The notes under the pieces: generated by a model | What the model was told of the DNA's origin: nothing | Database searches by the model: none | Seen by the model: only the letters and a program-made list of their open reading frames with translations | Position numbers and translations under genes: made by a program | Source: Clostridia bacterium | Lineage (GTDB): Bacteria; Bacillota; SHA-98; UBA4971 | Direction: 5' to 3' | DNA: 64,000 bases | Assembly (NCBI GenBank): GCA_050261175.1 | Contig: JBLNDA010000059.1 | Coordinates: 6,195 to 70,194 of the forward strand | Shown here: positions 32,725-43,179 of the stretch, in pieces | Layout: each line of letters begins with the position of its first letter | Position numbering within the stretch: the stretch's first letter is position 1

Positions 32725-34230
32725 TCAAAACCTCTTGCGCTGCTTCGAGGCGGGTATCATGTCTTCTTCGCGGTACTTGGCGACGGTGCGGCGGGATATG
32801 AGGATGCCTTGCTCCCTCAGCATGTCAGCGATCGCCTGGTCGCTCAAGGGATCCTTCGGGTCCTCCGCCCCGATGATATCGCGGATCATCCTCTTGATGC
32901 TTTCACTCGAGGCCGAGTCGCCGGCGGCCGTCGGGACCCCGCTCGCGAAGAAGAACCTCATCTCGTACACGCCCCGCGGGGTCTGCACGTACTTGCCGGC
33001 GGTGGCCCTGCTGACCGTGGATTCGTGAACGCCGACCTCGTCCGCGACTTCTTTCAGAGTGAGCGGCCTTAGGTACTTGATGCCCTTGTCGAAGAAATCC
33101 CGCTGGAACCTGACGATGCACTCGGTGACCCTGTAAAGCGTACGCCTCCGCTGCTCGATGCTGCGTATGAGCCACATCGCCGAGCCCAGCTTCGACTTGA
33201 CGAACTCGACCGCACTTGCCTCCTGCTGCGGGCTCTTCAGCATCTCGCGGTAGGCCGGGTTTATCGTGAGACGCGGCGCCGATACGTCGTTCACGACGAC
33301 TACGTAGTCGTCGCCCACCTTCTCCACGGTTACGTCGGGCACTATGTACCCCGCCGACCGGGCTCCGGAGAACTCGCGGCCCGGCTTCGGGTCGAGCGTC
33401 TTGATTATGTCGCACGCCCTCTGGACCGCAGCAACCGGCCTCTGAAGGCGCTGCGCTATCCTGGCGAGCCTCCCGGCGGCCACATCGTCCAGGTGCTCCC
33501 GGATGAGAGTGGACGCGAGGTCTCGCTCATCATCCGGAACGTCAAGCGTATCCAGCTGAATGAGGAGGCATTCTCTGAGGTTCCGAGCGCCCACCCCTGC
33601 AGGCTCGAACCCCTGTATCACACGGAGCACCCGCTCGACCCGGTCGGCGCTTACACCCGCCATGACAGCTATCTCCGAGACCTCCATGCGGAAGTAGCCG
33701 TCATCGTCGATTCCCCCAATGATGAATCCCCCGATCCTCATGTCCTCGTCGTCCAGGGGTGACAGGCGCAACTGAAACATCAGGTACTCCTGGAAGGACT
33801 CCTGGTGCCCCACGTAGGACTCGTATGAGAAATCGGTCTCGTCGCGCTTCTCCCTCGCCGCGACGTACCCAAGGTCGCTCGCGTCGTCGAAGTAGCTCTG
33901 CCAATCGATGTCCGGCCCGTCCCCTTCCGCGCCTCCCGCGCCCTCCGGCGAGCCGCCCGAGGGTTCACCCGCGGGACCCGTACCTTCGTCCCGGGACAGC
34001 GCGTCAGCACGCCGCGCGTCGGCGGCCTCAACGTCACCGTCATCACTGGAGCCTGGGTCGGGCCCGGCCGCATCGGCGAGCTCGAGCACGGGGTTCTCCA
34101 GCATCTCAGTCTCAATGTATTCTTGGAGCTCCATCCAGGGCAACTGGAGGACGGTTATGGCTTGGCGGAGTTCAGGGGTGATGACGAGCTTCTGAACCTG
34201 CTTGAGGCTCATCTCATAACCCATCCTCAT
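32725..34230 (-). CDS. rpoN: RNA polymerase sigma-54 factor
   Basis: ENPVLE, GVGARNLRECL, HESTVSRA, RpoN box SRRTVAKYRE. Confidence 0.96.
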   Translation of the reverse strand: MRMGYEMSLKQVQKLVITPELRQAITVLQLPWMELQEYIETEMLENPVLELADAAGPDPGSSDDGDVEAADARRADALSRDEGTGPAGEPSGGSPEGAGGAEGDGPDIDWQSYFDDASDLGYVAAREKRDETDFSYESYVGHQESFQEYLMFQLRLSPLDDEDMRIGGFIIGGIDDDGYFRMEVSEIAVMAGVSADRVERVLRVIQGFEPAGVGARNLRECLLIQLDTLDVPDDERDLASTLIREHLDDVAAGRLARIAQRLQRPVAAVQRACDIIKTLDPKPGREFSGARSAGYIVPDVTVEKVGDDYVVVVNDVSAPRLTINPAYREMLKSPQQEASAVEFVKSKLGSAMWLIRSIEQRRRTLYRVTECIVRFQRDFFDKGIKYLRPLTLKEVADEVGVHESTVSRATAGKYVQTPRGVYEMRFFFASGVPTAAGDSASSESIKRMIRDIIGAEDPKDPLSDQAIADMLREQGILISRRTVAKYREEDMIPASKQRKRF

Positions 34231-35248
34231 TGCCCCGTTCACCTCCCGTCACTACTAAAGTATTCGCTCCGGGGTCTGGATCTCCTCTGTCTTCCGCTTC
34301 GAGTCGCTGCGCGAGGTCGAGGAGCCTCCTCATGCGGTGGTTGGCTGCAGACTTGGTTATGGGAGGCACCGCCAGCTCGCCAAGATCCTTCAGACTCGCG
34401 CCGGGGTGTTCGAGGCGAAGCCGGGCGATCTCTTGAAGGCCAGGAGGAAGCGAGTCCGTACCAACGCGCGCCACCAGCTCCCTTATGGCCTCTACCTGCG
34501 CAAGCCCGGCGTCGACCGCCTTCGCCACGTTCGCGGTGTCGCAGTTGACCGCGCGGTTGACGTCGCCGCGCATGCCGCGCACCACCCGCACGCTCTCGAG
34601 GGCGATCACAGACGCATGGGCGCCGGTAACCCGGAGGAGCTGGGCCACGTCATCCCCTCCCTTGACGTATACCATGACGCCCCTCCTCCGCTTGGATATC
34701 CTCGCCGCCACCGCGAAAGAAGCGGCAAGACGCACGATGCCTCGCGCGTGCAGCTCTGCGTCTGTCACTATCTCCATGTGATATGCCTGTTCAGGGTTTT
34801 GGACGTAGCCCCGCGCGAGGAACGCTCCCCGCAGGTACGCCCTGCGGCAGCACTGCCTCGACAGTATCCCCCAAGGAACCCCTGGCCTGATGTCACCGCG
34901 CCCGCCGCGGCCCGCCCTCTTGAGGATTACGCCCATCTCGCCCAAGGCCGCGCGCGTCTTCTCGTCCAACGGCAGCGAGACGACGTGGAGATGGCCGGGC
35001 GCGCCCCCTTTGCGCCTCGTGGTCTTCACCGGCGGCCTCAGGTCGAAGAGATCTCGCGCGAGCGACACGATCCTCCTGGCGAGCGCCGCGTTCTCCGTAG
35101 CCATTTCGAAACGCGCGTCGCCTCCATCCCGCCTCCCCCCGGCGAACCGCCCTGTCATGCGGGCGATGGCCGCGAGTTCGGCCAGGACGCAACACCTGCT
35201 CCCCGCTGTGAACCGCGCGAGCTCGTCCTTGGTCATGGCTGAGAACAT
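34214..35248 (-). CDS. whiA: DNA-binding protein WhiA
   Basis: RAYLRGAFLARG, YHMEI, VNRAVNCDTAN, KSAANHRMRRL. Confidence 0.93.
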   Translation of the reverse strand: MFSAMTKDELARFTAGSRCCVLAELAAIARMTGRFAGGRRDGGDARFEMATENAALARRIVSLARDLFDLRPPVKTTRRKGGAPGHLHVVSLPLDEKTRAALGEMGVILKRAGRGGRGDIRPGVPWGILSRQCCRRAYLRGAFLARGYVQNPEQAYHMEIVTDAELHARGIVRLAASFAVAARISKRRRGVMVYVKGGDDVAQLLRVTGAHASVIALESVRVVRGMRGDVNRAVNCDTANVAKAVDAGLAQVEAIRELVARVGTDSLPPGLQEIARLRLEHPGASLKDLGELAVPPITKSAANHRMRRLLDLAQRLEAEDRGDPDPGANTLVVTGGERGNEDGL

Positions 35249-35592
35249 GCCACATCCCACCCGCCTTGATTCTACCACAGCCGCCGGGGACGCGCCTTGG
35301 GAATAATCGAAGCGGCTGCCAGAATAGCTTTACGGTGAGGCCGGTGCGGGCCCGGCCCACGAGCAAGCTCGCGGAGCGCTCTCGCTCCTGCGCGGGTCAT
35401 CAACGCCCGCCCGGAGCGCGTCGACGGCCGGACGCCCCGCAGTCAGGCCTTGAGAGACCGAGGGACGCCGCACCTAGGACGGCCCTCCTTCGCGCCACCG
35501 CACCCGGCGTCACGCGCGGCGCCAAGCGTCGCTGGAAGGCTGGGGCAGGATTGCAAGCCCCCACATCTACAACCACGCGGGAGGCGGATGCC

Positions 35593-36177
35593 ATGGTGAA
35601 CGCTGTATGGCTGTCTTTGATAGCAGCGGGAGTGATTACGGGGCTGCTCACAGGGACGAGCGAGGCGGTGACCCGCGCGGCGCTGGATTCGGCAGGCTCG
35701 GCCGTCACCCTGTGCCTCGGGCTCGTCGGCGCGATGGCCCTGTGGTGCGGCGTCATGAAGATCGCCGAGGAGGCTGGCATCGCCCGTTCGCTGGCCCGGG
35801 TGGTCGCCCCCGCCGCAAGGCTGCTCTTCCCTTCAGTTCCAGCGAGGCACCCGGCCATCGCCGCGGTCGCCATGAGCATCACCGCCAACCTTCTGGGCAT
35901 GGGAAACGCGGCGACGCCCCTCGGGATCAAAGCCATGGAAGAGCTGGCCGCGCTGGCGGGCGACAAGGAAGAAGCAAGCGATGCCATGTGCACCTTCGTC
36001 GCCATGTGCACGGCCGGCATCACGCTGGTCCCGACGACGATCATCGCCGTCAGGGCGCAACTGGGCTCGAGGAGTCCTTCCGAGGTAGTGGCACCGATCG
36101 TCCTGGTGAACTTGCTGGCGACTGCGGTCGCCCTCATCGCCGACAGGTTCTTCAGGCCCGTTTCGCGGTCGAGGTGA
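35593..36177 (+). CDS. spmA: Spore maturation protein A
   Basis: MVNAVW, ANLLGMGNAATPLGIKAMEEL, TLVPTTII. Confidence 0.93.
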   Translation: MVNAVWLSLIAAGVITGLLTGTSEAVTRAALDSAGSAVTLCLGLVGAMALWCGVMKIAEEAGIARSLARVVAPAARLLFPSVPARHPAIAAVAMSITANLLGMGNAATPLGIKAMEELAALAGDKEEASDAMCTFVAMCTAGITLVPTTIIAVRAQLGSRSPSEVVAPIVLVNLLATAVALIADRFFRPVSRSR

Positions 36178-36232
36178 ACCCGGCGGGCGACCGGCCGGCA
36201 GCCTGTCTCAAGTGGCCGAGGGAGGCGATACG

Positions 36233-36778
36233 ATGCTCGTCAAGGCAGTCACAACGGCCTCCAGCGTCATGCTACCCCTTGTGATCCTCGCGATATGCCT
36301 TGTCGGTCGTCTCAAAGGGGTGAAGGTATACGAGACGTTCGTTGAGGGGGCGAGGGAGGGCTTCGCCACGGCGGTCCGCCTAATCCCGTTCCTCGTCGCC
36401 ATGTTCGTCGCCATCGGGATGTTCAGAGCATCGGGCGCCCTCGGCATGGTGACTTCCGCTCTCTCGCCCGTCGCGCGCCTGCTCGGAATGCCCGAAGAGC
36501 TCCTCCCGCTCGCCATCATCCGTCCGCTCTCCGGCAGTGGCGCGCTGGAAGTTACGACCAACCTGGTGAAGACTCACGGCCCGGATTCGGTCATAGGAAG
36601 AATGGCTTCAACGATGCAGGCGAGCTCAGAAACGACACTGTACGTCATCACCGTGTACTTCGGTGCGGTAGGCATCAAAAGGACCCGCCACACGCTCGCG
36701 GCAGGCCTTCTCGCAGACCTCGTAGCGTTCCTGTCCTCGGTCGCGATATGGCGCCTCCTCTTGGGTTTCGCGCCATGA
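36233..36778 (+). CDS. spmB: Spore maturation protein B
   Basis: VYETFVEGAREG, RPLSGSG, SETTLYVITVYFGAVGI. Confidence 0.93.
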   Translation: MLVKAVTTASSVMLPLVILAICLVGRLKGVKVYETFVEGAREGFATAVRLIPFLVAMFVAIGMFRASGALGMVTSALSPVARLLGMPEELLPLAIIRPLSGSGALEVTTNLVKTHGPDSVIGRMASTMQASSETTLYVITVYFGAVGIKRTRHTLAAGLLADLVAFLSSVAIWRLLLGFAP

Positions 36779-36843
36779 GAGCATGCGCGCGATGCGCGCG
36801 GCCGCCGCGGCCGCAGGACGCTCGGGTCGGCGCGTGGCGCGGC

Positions 36844-38190
36844 TCACGGGGCCGCTGCGCGCCTCCCTCCGGCCCCCCGGGCACCCCTGCCGCCCGTGGC
36901 CCTGGCCTCGATCACCAACTTCATGATGGCACGGGCAAGCCGTTCCGGATCGTGCCTGGCATAGTCTGCCGCGGACACCAGGTCTCCCTCTACCACCGAC
37001 ACCCCCAGCGCTTTCAGTTCGTCGCTGTCCACCACCACCGGGTATGCGCCCTCCTGCCGGTACCTTTCGGCGAGCCTGGGCGGTACGTCTCCGGTGTTGA
37101 CCACAACCACGTCCACGATGCCCCCACCGACATGCTCGAAGAGCGCCTTGAGATGGTCCGACGCATCGAACCCGTCTGTCTCACCAGGCTCCGTCATGAC
37201 GTTGCACACGTACACCTTCAGCGCGCTGCTGCGGCGGATCGCCTCCGTGATTTCGGGCACGAGGAGGTTCGGCAGCACGCTGGTGAACAGGCTTCCGGGT
37301 CCAAGCACTATCACCTCCGCGCCGGCTATGGCCTCCACCGCGTCGGGAAGCGCCACGGGGTCTCCGGGCCTCAGGAAGACCCGCCTTATCGGGGCGCCGC
37401 ACGTCGAAAGAGTCGACTCCCCCTCCACGACCACCCCGCCCTCGCACTCCGCCACGAGCACCACGTCCTCGAGCGTGGAAGGCAGGACCCGCCCCCTGAC
37501 CGCCAACACCCGGCTGGACTCCTTGACCGCTTGCTCGAAGTCGCCTGTGATGGCGGACATGGTCGCTATGAAAAGGTTCCCGAACGTGTGCCCTCCCAGA
37601 CCCGTTGGGTCTCCCTCGGGGAACCTGTACTGGAAGAGGCGGGCCATGAGAGGCTCCGAGTCAGCCAGGGCCACCAGGCAGTTGCGGATGTCCCCTGGAG
37701 GCAGAACCCCCATCTCCTTGCGCAGCCTGCCGGAGCTTCCACCATCGTCCGCAACGGTGACTATGGCCGTGACGTTGCTCGTATACGCCTTGATGCCTCG
37801 AAGCAACGTGGAGAGGCCGGTCCCTCCGCCCACAACGACGACCCTGGGACCCCTGCCGAGCTGCCGCTCGCGCTGGACGAGCTCAGCGATGCGATTCTCC
37901 GCGCCTGGCAGGAGCGCCGCCACGATGGATCGGATCACCGCTCCTGCGGACAATACCATGATGGCTGCACCGGAAAGCGCAGCCGCGATGCCGGACGCCG
38001 TCATGAGGCCCTTGTGAAACGGCCCCGGCCGCGGACCGGCGAGCCACGCGAACCAGTGCCGTAGGATTCCGATAGCTGCGCCGTCGAGGATCGTCACGCT
38101 GCCCAGCACCACAAGCGCCGCTCCGAGCGCGAATGCCAGGAGCCACCTCTTGACTCTCATCCCCGGATACAACCACCGGAGCGTTCTCAT
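36844..38190 (-). CDS. yvcK: YvcK/GlmR family (UDP-GlcNAc-binding, CofD-like) with N-terminal TM extension
   Basis: GGGTGLS, VTVADDGGSSG, PPGDIRN, GPGSLFTS, RHDP. Confidence 0.92.
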   Translation of the reverse strand: MRTLRWLYPGMRVKRWLLAFALGAALVVLGSVTILDGAAIGILRHWFAWLAGPRPGPFHKGLMTASGIAAALSGAAIMVLSAGAVIRSIVAALLPGAENRIAELVQRERQLGRGPRVVVVGGGTGLSTLLRGIKAYTSNVTAIVTVADDGGSSGRLRKEMGVLPPGDIRNCLVALADSEPLMARLFQYRFPEGDPTGLGGHTFGNLFIATMSAITGDFEQAVKESSRVLAVRGRVLPSTLEDVVLVAECEGGVVVEGESTLSTCGAPIRRVFLRPGDPVALPDAVEAIAGAEVIVLGPGSLFTSVLPNLLVPEITEAIRRSSALKVYVCNVMTEPGETDGFDASDHLKALFEHVGGGIVDVVVVNTGDVPPRLAERYRQEGAYPVVVDSDELKALGVSVVEGDLVSAADYARHDPERLARAIMKLVIEARATGGRGARGAGGRRAAAP

Positions 38191-39122
38191 GTCTCTATCA
38201 CGTCTCTCATCCCACCGTCATTCGGCTCTCGTTCCGCCACTCTATCATGCACGTCCCTGTCGCGGTACTCCACGGACACGTTGTACCCTCGTTCCCTTAG
38301 GAAACCGGCGAGCCGGTCCGCGACGGCTATGGACCGGTGCCTGCCGCCCGTGCAACCGATGCCCACGACGAGCTGCGTCTTGCCTTCTTTGACGTAGTGA
38401 GGCAGCAGGAATGCCATGAGGTCGAAGAGCTTCTGGAGGAACCTCCGCGTCACTGGCGACTGGAAAACGTACTCGCGCACGGGCTCCGTATCTCCGGTTA
38501 GCTGTCGCAGCGACTCCACGTAGTGCGGGTTCGGCAGGAACCTCACGTCGAAAACGAGGTCCGCATCCATGGGGATCCCGTGCTTGAATCCGAAGGCCAC
38601 GACTATCACGTCGAGCCGCTCTCTCCGGGATTCGCGGGTGAACACGTTCATTATGCGCTCCCGCAACTGCCTTGGGGAGAGGGACGTCGTGTCTATGGTG
38701 CGCGTGGCTCTCCCGCGAATCTCCTCCAACCTGCGGCGCTCGTCCTCTATGCCCTCCAGGACCCCACCGCCTTCGGCCGAAAGAGGATGGCGGCGCCGGG
38801 TCTCCTTGAACCTGCGGACGAGCACCTCGTCGGACGCCTCGAGGAACAGGATCTCGTAGGTAACTCCCATGTCCTCGAGAGCATCGAGGGCCCCGGAGAG
38901 GCTATCGAAGAACTCCCGGCTCCTTATGTCAACCACCAGAGCTATCTTATTTGTCTTGCCGTCGGACTGTGCCACAAGTTCGGCGAACTTGGGAATGAGG
39001 GTGGGCGGAAGGTTATCCACGCAGAAGAAGCCCATGTCCTCGAAAGCTCGAACCGCCTCGCTCTTGCCGGCACCCGAAAGCCCTGTGATGATGATGAACC
39101 GTCCCTCGCCCAAGCCCTCCAT
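38187..39122 (-). CDS. rapZ: RapZ/YvcJ P-loop protein
   Basis: GLSGAGKS, VDNLP, FDVRFLPNP, GCTGGRHRS. Confidence 0.95.
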   Translation of the reverse strand: MEGLGEGRFIIITGLSGAGKSEAVRAFEDMGFFCVDNLPPTLIPKFAELVAQSDGKTNKIALVVDIRSREFFDSLSGALDALEDMGVTYEILFLEASDEVLVRRFKETRRRHPLSAEGGGVLEGIEDERRRLEEIRGRATRTIDTTSLSPRQLRERIMNVFTRESRRERLDVIVVAFGFKHGIPMDADLVFDVRFLPNPHYVESLRQLTGDTEPVREYVFQSPVTRRFLQKLFDLMAFLLPHYVKEGKTQLVVGIGCTGGRHRSIAVADRLAGFLRERGYNVSVEYRDRDVHDRVAEREPNDGGMRDVIET

Positions 39123-39155
39123 CCCCCGGTTTCCCCTTCTGTTTACGCACGCGCG

Positions 39156-39893
39156 CTAAGCGCGCACGTTGATGATCCTCTCCGGGTCGAGGCCCGCGCG
39201 GAGCGCAACTTCCAAGGCACGCCCGAAATCGCCGACTTCCTCAGGGCTGTGGGCGTCGCTGCTTATGCAGAAGGTCGCCCCCTGCCTCGCAGCCGCCTTG
39301 ATGAACTCCGCATCGAGGTGGGCGTGCTTCGCGTTGATCTCCAGGGCCGTCCCAACCCTCGCGCATTCGCGGGCAAGCTCCTCAGTGTCTATGGACACGT
39401 GAAGACCCGGATGGGTCACTACGTCGACTCTGTTCTTTCTTATAGCTTCTATCAGCGACTTCGTGTTGTCAACCCGTGCCCGCTCAGCGAGACGCCGGCT
39501 CCATCTGGCGGCGTAGTTCCGCGCCGAGAGCTTCCACCAGTCTGTCAGGGTGCGTCCGCGCACGACTAGATGGTGGCCGGCAAGCACGATGTCGAGACGC
39601 TTCAGCAAGTCTTCCGGGACGTCGAGCCCGCCGTCGGTGTCGATGACGTTCGCCTCCACGCCCACGAGCACCTTGACCTCGGGGAATTCCTTCCTGCTCC
39701 TCTCGACCTGCTCCACGATGTCATCGAACGTCGCAAGGCTCCTGATGCCCAGACCAAACAGGTTGGCGGGGCCGTGGTCCGTAATGGCCACGGCCTCGAG
39801 GCCCTTCCGGGCTGCGGCCCTCACGTTGTCCAGCACTGTACCCTTGCCGTGGCTGAATCTCGTGTGGGTGTGATAATCAGCGAATATCCTCAT
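39156..39893 (-). CDS. PHP domain phosphoesterase
   Basis: DYHTHT, ITDHG, HPG, SDAH. Confidence 0.9.
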   Translation of the reverse strand: MRIFADYHTHTRFSHGKGTVLDNVRAAARKGLEAVAITDHGPANLFGLGIRSLATFDDIVEQVERSRKEFPEVKVLVGVEANVIDTDGGLDVPEDLLKRLDIVLAGHHLVVRGRTLTDWWKLSARNYAARWSRRLAERARVDNTKSLIEAIRKNRVDVVTHPGLHVSIDTEELARECARVGTALEINAKHAHLDAEFIKAAARQGATFCISSDAHSPEEVGDFGRALEVALRAGLDPERIINVRA

Positions 39894-39899
39894 CAGCAA

Positions 39900-40682
39900 T
39901 CAGTACACCGTGGTCCGCATGCCCGGGCCGGGGACGAACCCCTCCGGCGACGGCTCCAGCTGCGAAGCGGCTTCTTCGTCCACGATTAGCGTGGCGTCCG
40001 GATGAAGCTGCAGCACAGAGCTGGGCACCATCTCCGTCACGGGCCCGTGCACCGTCTGCGCGATGACCGGCGCCTTGGCCTTGCCGCTCGCGAGGAGCAG
40101 GATGGACCTGCTGTTCATTATCGTGCGTATGCCCACCGATATCGCCTGCCTCGGGACGGCGTTCTCGTCGCCCCCGAAGAACCTCGCGTTCGCCTCGATG
40201 GTGCGCTTCGCGAGGAAGAGCGCCCGGGTACGGGACCCGAACTCAGTCCTCGGCTCGTTGAACCCGATGTGGCCGTTTCTTCCAACACCGAGGACGGCGA
40301 GATCTATCCCTCCCGCGTTTCTTATTGCCCGTTCGTATGCCCGGCATTCCTCGCGGACGTCTACGGCGAGACCGTTGGGTATGAAGATGCGGTCCCGCCG
40401 AACGTTCACGTGACCGAAGAACCGAGTATGCATGTAATAGTGAAAGCTTGCGGGATGGTCAGGGGCGAGCCCCAGATACTCATCGAGGTTGAACGTGGTG
40501 ACCGCCGAGAAGTCCAGCCCTTCTTCACGGTGCATCCTGACCAGTTCAGCGTACAGCCCGAATTGAGTCGCACCCGTCGCAAGGCTGAGAACGCTCGCGG
40601 GCTTCCTCCGCACCTGTTCGGCCACGATCTTCGCAGCCTCCCGGCTCATCGTGTCGAAGTCCTGCGTGATAATGACAACCAT
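39900..40682 (-). CDS. nagB: Glucosamine-6-phosphate deaminase
   Basis: LATGAT, NLDEY, GRNGHIGFNEP. Confidence 0.93.
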   Translation of the reverse strand: MVVIITQDFDTMSREAAKIVAEQVRRKPASVLSLATGATQFGLYAELVRMHREEGLDFSAVTTFNLDEYLGLAPDHPASFHYYMHTRFFGHVNVRRDRIFIPNGLAVDVREECRAYERAIRNAGGIDLAVLGVGRNGHIGFNEPRTEFGSRTRALFLAKRTIEANARFFGGDENAVPRQAISVGIRTIMNSRSILLLASGKAKAPVIAQTVHGPVTEMVPSSVLQLHPDATLIVDEEAASQLEPSPEGFVPGPGMRTTVY

Positions 40683-40804
40683 GTACGCACACCCCCAGTA
40701 TCCTTCTCCACCCACGTGCGGCTTCAGGTCTTCAGCACCCCGCATCGCAGGCAGAGGCAACCCGCAATCTGCCAAGAAGCCTGCGTGAACGGGTGGTCTC
40801 AAAT

Positions 40805-41971
40805 TCACATCCAAGCCTGGTGTACCAGCACACCGCGGACAATGGTCGCCCGAACCTCTCCCGATTCGTCAATGAGAACGAGGTCCGCGTCTTTGCCATT
40901 CTCTATGCTGCCCTTACGGTCGTCGACCCCCGCCACCATCGCGGGGACGGACGACGCCATGGCGACAGCTTGAGCCAGCGACACACCCAGATCGTCCATC
41001 GCGCGGCGGACCGCCCTGTCAAGGGTCAGGGCGCTTCCCGCGAGGTTTCCGCTGGGAAGCTTCACGGCGCCGCCTTCATAGGTGACCCGCTGCCCGCCGA
41101 GCTCGTACTCGCCCTCCGGCATGCCCGCCGCCATCGTGGCGTCTGTGACCAGGGCAAGCTTGTCCACGCCTTTGCACTTGTAAAGGACCGCTGCCGCCGC
41201 AGGGTGCAGGTGAAAGCCGTCCAGGATGGCTTCGGCGGTCAAATCGTCGCACGCGAGCACGGCTCCCACCATCCCCGGGCTGCGATGATGGAGCCCGCTC
41301 ATGGCGTTGAAGGCATGAGTGACATGGGTCGCACCGGACCTCACCGCATACATGGCTTCCTCGAACGACGCCAGGGAATGACCGAGGGAAACCCTCACAC
41401 CGCGAGCAACCGCCGCTTCGATGAACTCCCGCGCGCCTTCCAGCTCGGGGGCGACGGTGGTGATCCGCGCAAGCCCGCCCGACTCCTCTATGAGCCTGTC
41501 CAGCTCTGCGACGCTCGGCGGCCGGATCATCTCAAGCGCTTGCGCGCCTCTGCTGTCGGGGTTGATCCACGGCCCTTCCAAGTGCACCCCCAGAACGTCG
41601 GCACCCCCGGTACCGCGCTTGGCGGCGTCCGCCACGGCCCGCACGGCGCCAAGCAGATCCTCGTGGCGCGCGGCCATGGTCGTCGGTATCATGGAGGTCG
41701 TGCCGTGGAGCGCGTGGGCCCGGCACATCGCGGCCACAGCTTCGTATGTTCCCTCCAGCACGTCGTGGCCGCCGCCCCCGTGCACATGGATGTCCACGAA
41801 CCCGGGCACGAGCATGAGACCGCGCGCATCGAACACGTCGTGGCCCGAGGTTGAATACTCCCTGAACTCCCCGTGCGACCCGACCTTCGCGATCTTGCCG
41901 CCGCTGACCACCAGGAAACCCGATACCATTATACCTCGCGGCGTCAGGATATCAGCGTTCTTGATGATCAC
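40805..41971 (-). CDS. nagA: N-acetylglucosamine-6-phosphate deacetylase
   Basis: PGFVDIHVHG, HLEGP, THAFNAM, VTDA, LAGS. Confidence 0.95.
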   Translation of the reverse strand: MIIKNADILTPRGIMVSGFLVVSGGKIAKVGSHGEFREYSTSGHDVFDARGLMLVPGFVDIHVHGGGGHDVLEGTYEAVAAMCRAHALHGTTSMIPTTMAARHEDLLGAVRAVADAAKRGTGGADVLGVHLEGPWINPDSRGAQALEMIRPPSVAELDRLIEESGGLARITTVAPELEGAREFIEAAVARGVRVSLGHSLASFEEAMYAVRSGATHVTHAFNAMSGLHHRSPGMVGAVLACDDLTAEAILDGFHLHPAAAAVLYKCKGVDKLALVTDATMAAGMPEGEYELGGQRVTYEGGAVKLPSGNLAGSALTLDRAVRRAMDDLGVSLAQAVAMASSVPAMVAGVDDRKGSIENGKDADLVLIDESGEVRATIVRGVLVHQAWM

Positions 41972-42023
41972 CTGGGTTCTCTCCTCCGATCATGCACCCA
42001 CGCGGGCCGCCCCTTCTCTCGTA

Positions 42024-43001
42024 TCACGCGGGGCGCAGGAGCGAGTCTTCGATGTTCTCCACAACCCTTCCTGTTACGCGGAAGCCGGCCTCCTGGATTC
42101 CCAGAAGATACGCCCCCACCACAGGCGGAAACCTTGCCTCCACGACCTCGCACACCGGAGCCGCTTTTGCGAGCTCCCGGGCTAGGGCCTTTCTCACGAT
42201 GTCTCCCGCGGCGAACACACCTCCCGAGGTCACGCAGAGCACCGCGTCGTCCTGCATCCCGAGGGCCCTCACCACGCTCGCCGCCGCAAGACCGAGCTCG
42301 GCTCCCGCGCGGCGCAGTATTCGCAGCGCCACGCGGTCGCCCTTGCGGGCTGCTTCACCCACCACCACGGCCAGACCGGCTATGTCCGTTCGCCCCAGGC
42401 CCTTGCGGTACACCAGCTCCACCAGGTCATCCGGCGAGGCCGCCTTGAGATGCTGCAGCACAGCCTCGAAGAGCGCTGTGGGGTCGCCCCGGCCGTCGCT
42501 CGCCCTGACCACCGATAGGAGCGCTTGGCGTCCGATGTCGTATGCGCTGCCCTCGTCGCCCAGGAGGTAGCCCCAGCCGCCCGCCCGGGCCTTCTCTCCC
42601 TTCGAGTTCATGCCGAACGCAATCGAACCCGTGCCGGCTATCACCACCACGCCCGGCTGGCCCAACGTACCCGCGGCAAGCGCTATGACAGCGTCATTCT
42701 CCACCACGACCTTGCCGGCAATGCCTGCTCCCTGTAGAAGGGCCGCCACCTCTTGGCGGTCACCCGGCCTGTCCACGCCTGCGATGCCGGCGAACGCGAC
42801 GTCAAAAGCCTCGTCTCCAGCAGGCAGCAGGTTCCGTGCCCTTCCAATCGCAGCTGAGATCTCGGCCTTCACACCCGCCGGCCCCGAAACCTGGAAGTTA
42901 GCCGGACCCGCCCATGCCCGCGCCAGCACCTCGCCATGGATAGTTCCGACCAGGCAGTCTGTCTTCGTTCCGCCCGCATCTATCGCAATGACGAGCCCCA
43001 T
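42024..43001 (-). CDS. BadF/BadG/BcrA/BcrD-family sugar kinase (GlcNAc/MurNAc kinase-like)
   Basis: IDAGGTKT, ENDA, IAGTGS, GGWGYLLGDEGS. Confidence 0.88.
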   Translation of the reverse strand: MGLVIAIDAGGTKTDCLVGTIHGEVLARAWAGPANFQVSGPAGVKAEISAAIGRARNLLPAGDEAFDVAFAGIAGVDRPGDRQEVAALLQGAGIAGKVVVENDAVIALAAGTLGQPGVVVIAGTGSIAFGMNSKGEKARAGGWGYLLGDEGSAYDIGRQALLSVVRASDGRGDPTALFEAVLQHLKAASPDDLVELVYRKGLGRTDIAGLAVVVGEAARKGDRVALRILRRAGAELGLAAASVVRALGMQDDAVLCVTSGGVFAAGDIVRKALARELAKAAPVCEVVEARFPPVVGAYLLGIQEAGFRVTGRVVENIEDSLLRPA

Positions 43002-43179
43002 GTCGCCCCTCCCAGTCCCAAGCAGCGGCCTCTTGGTTCGTTGCGGCTTGCCACCATCCGGCGGGCCGGCGGTCCCTCCCTCTCCCGGGTCGCGAACCAC
43101 CCCCGGCAGCCGGGAGCGCTTTCGCGAAATGACCGCCGTCCTCGCGTATAGCGCCGTCTCTGTCTCAAATGTCAAAGTG

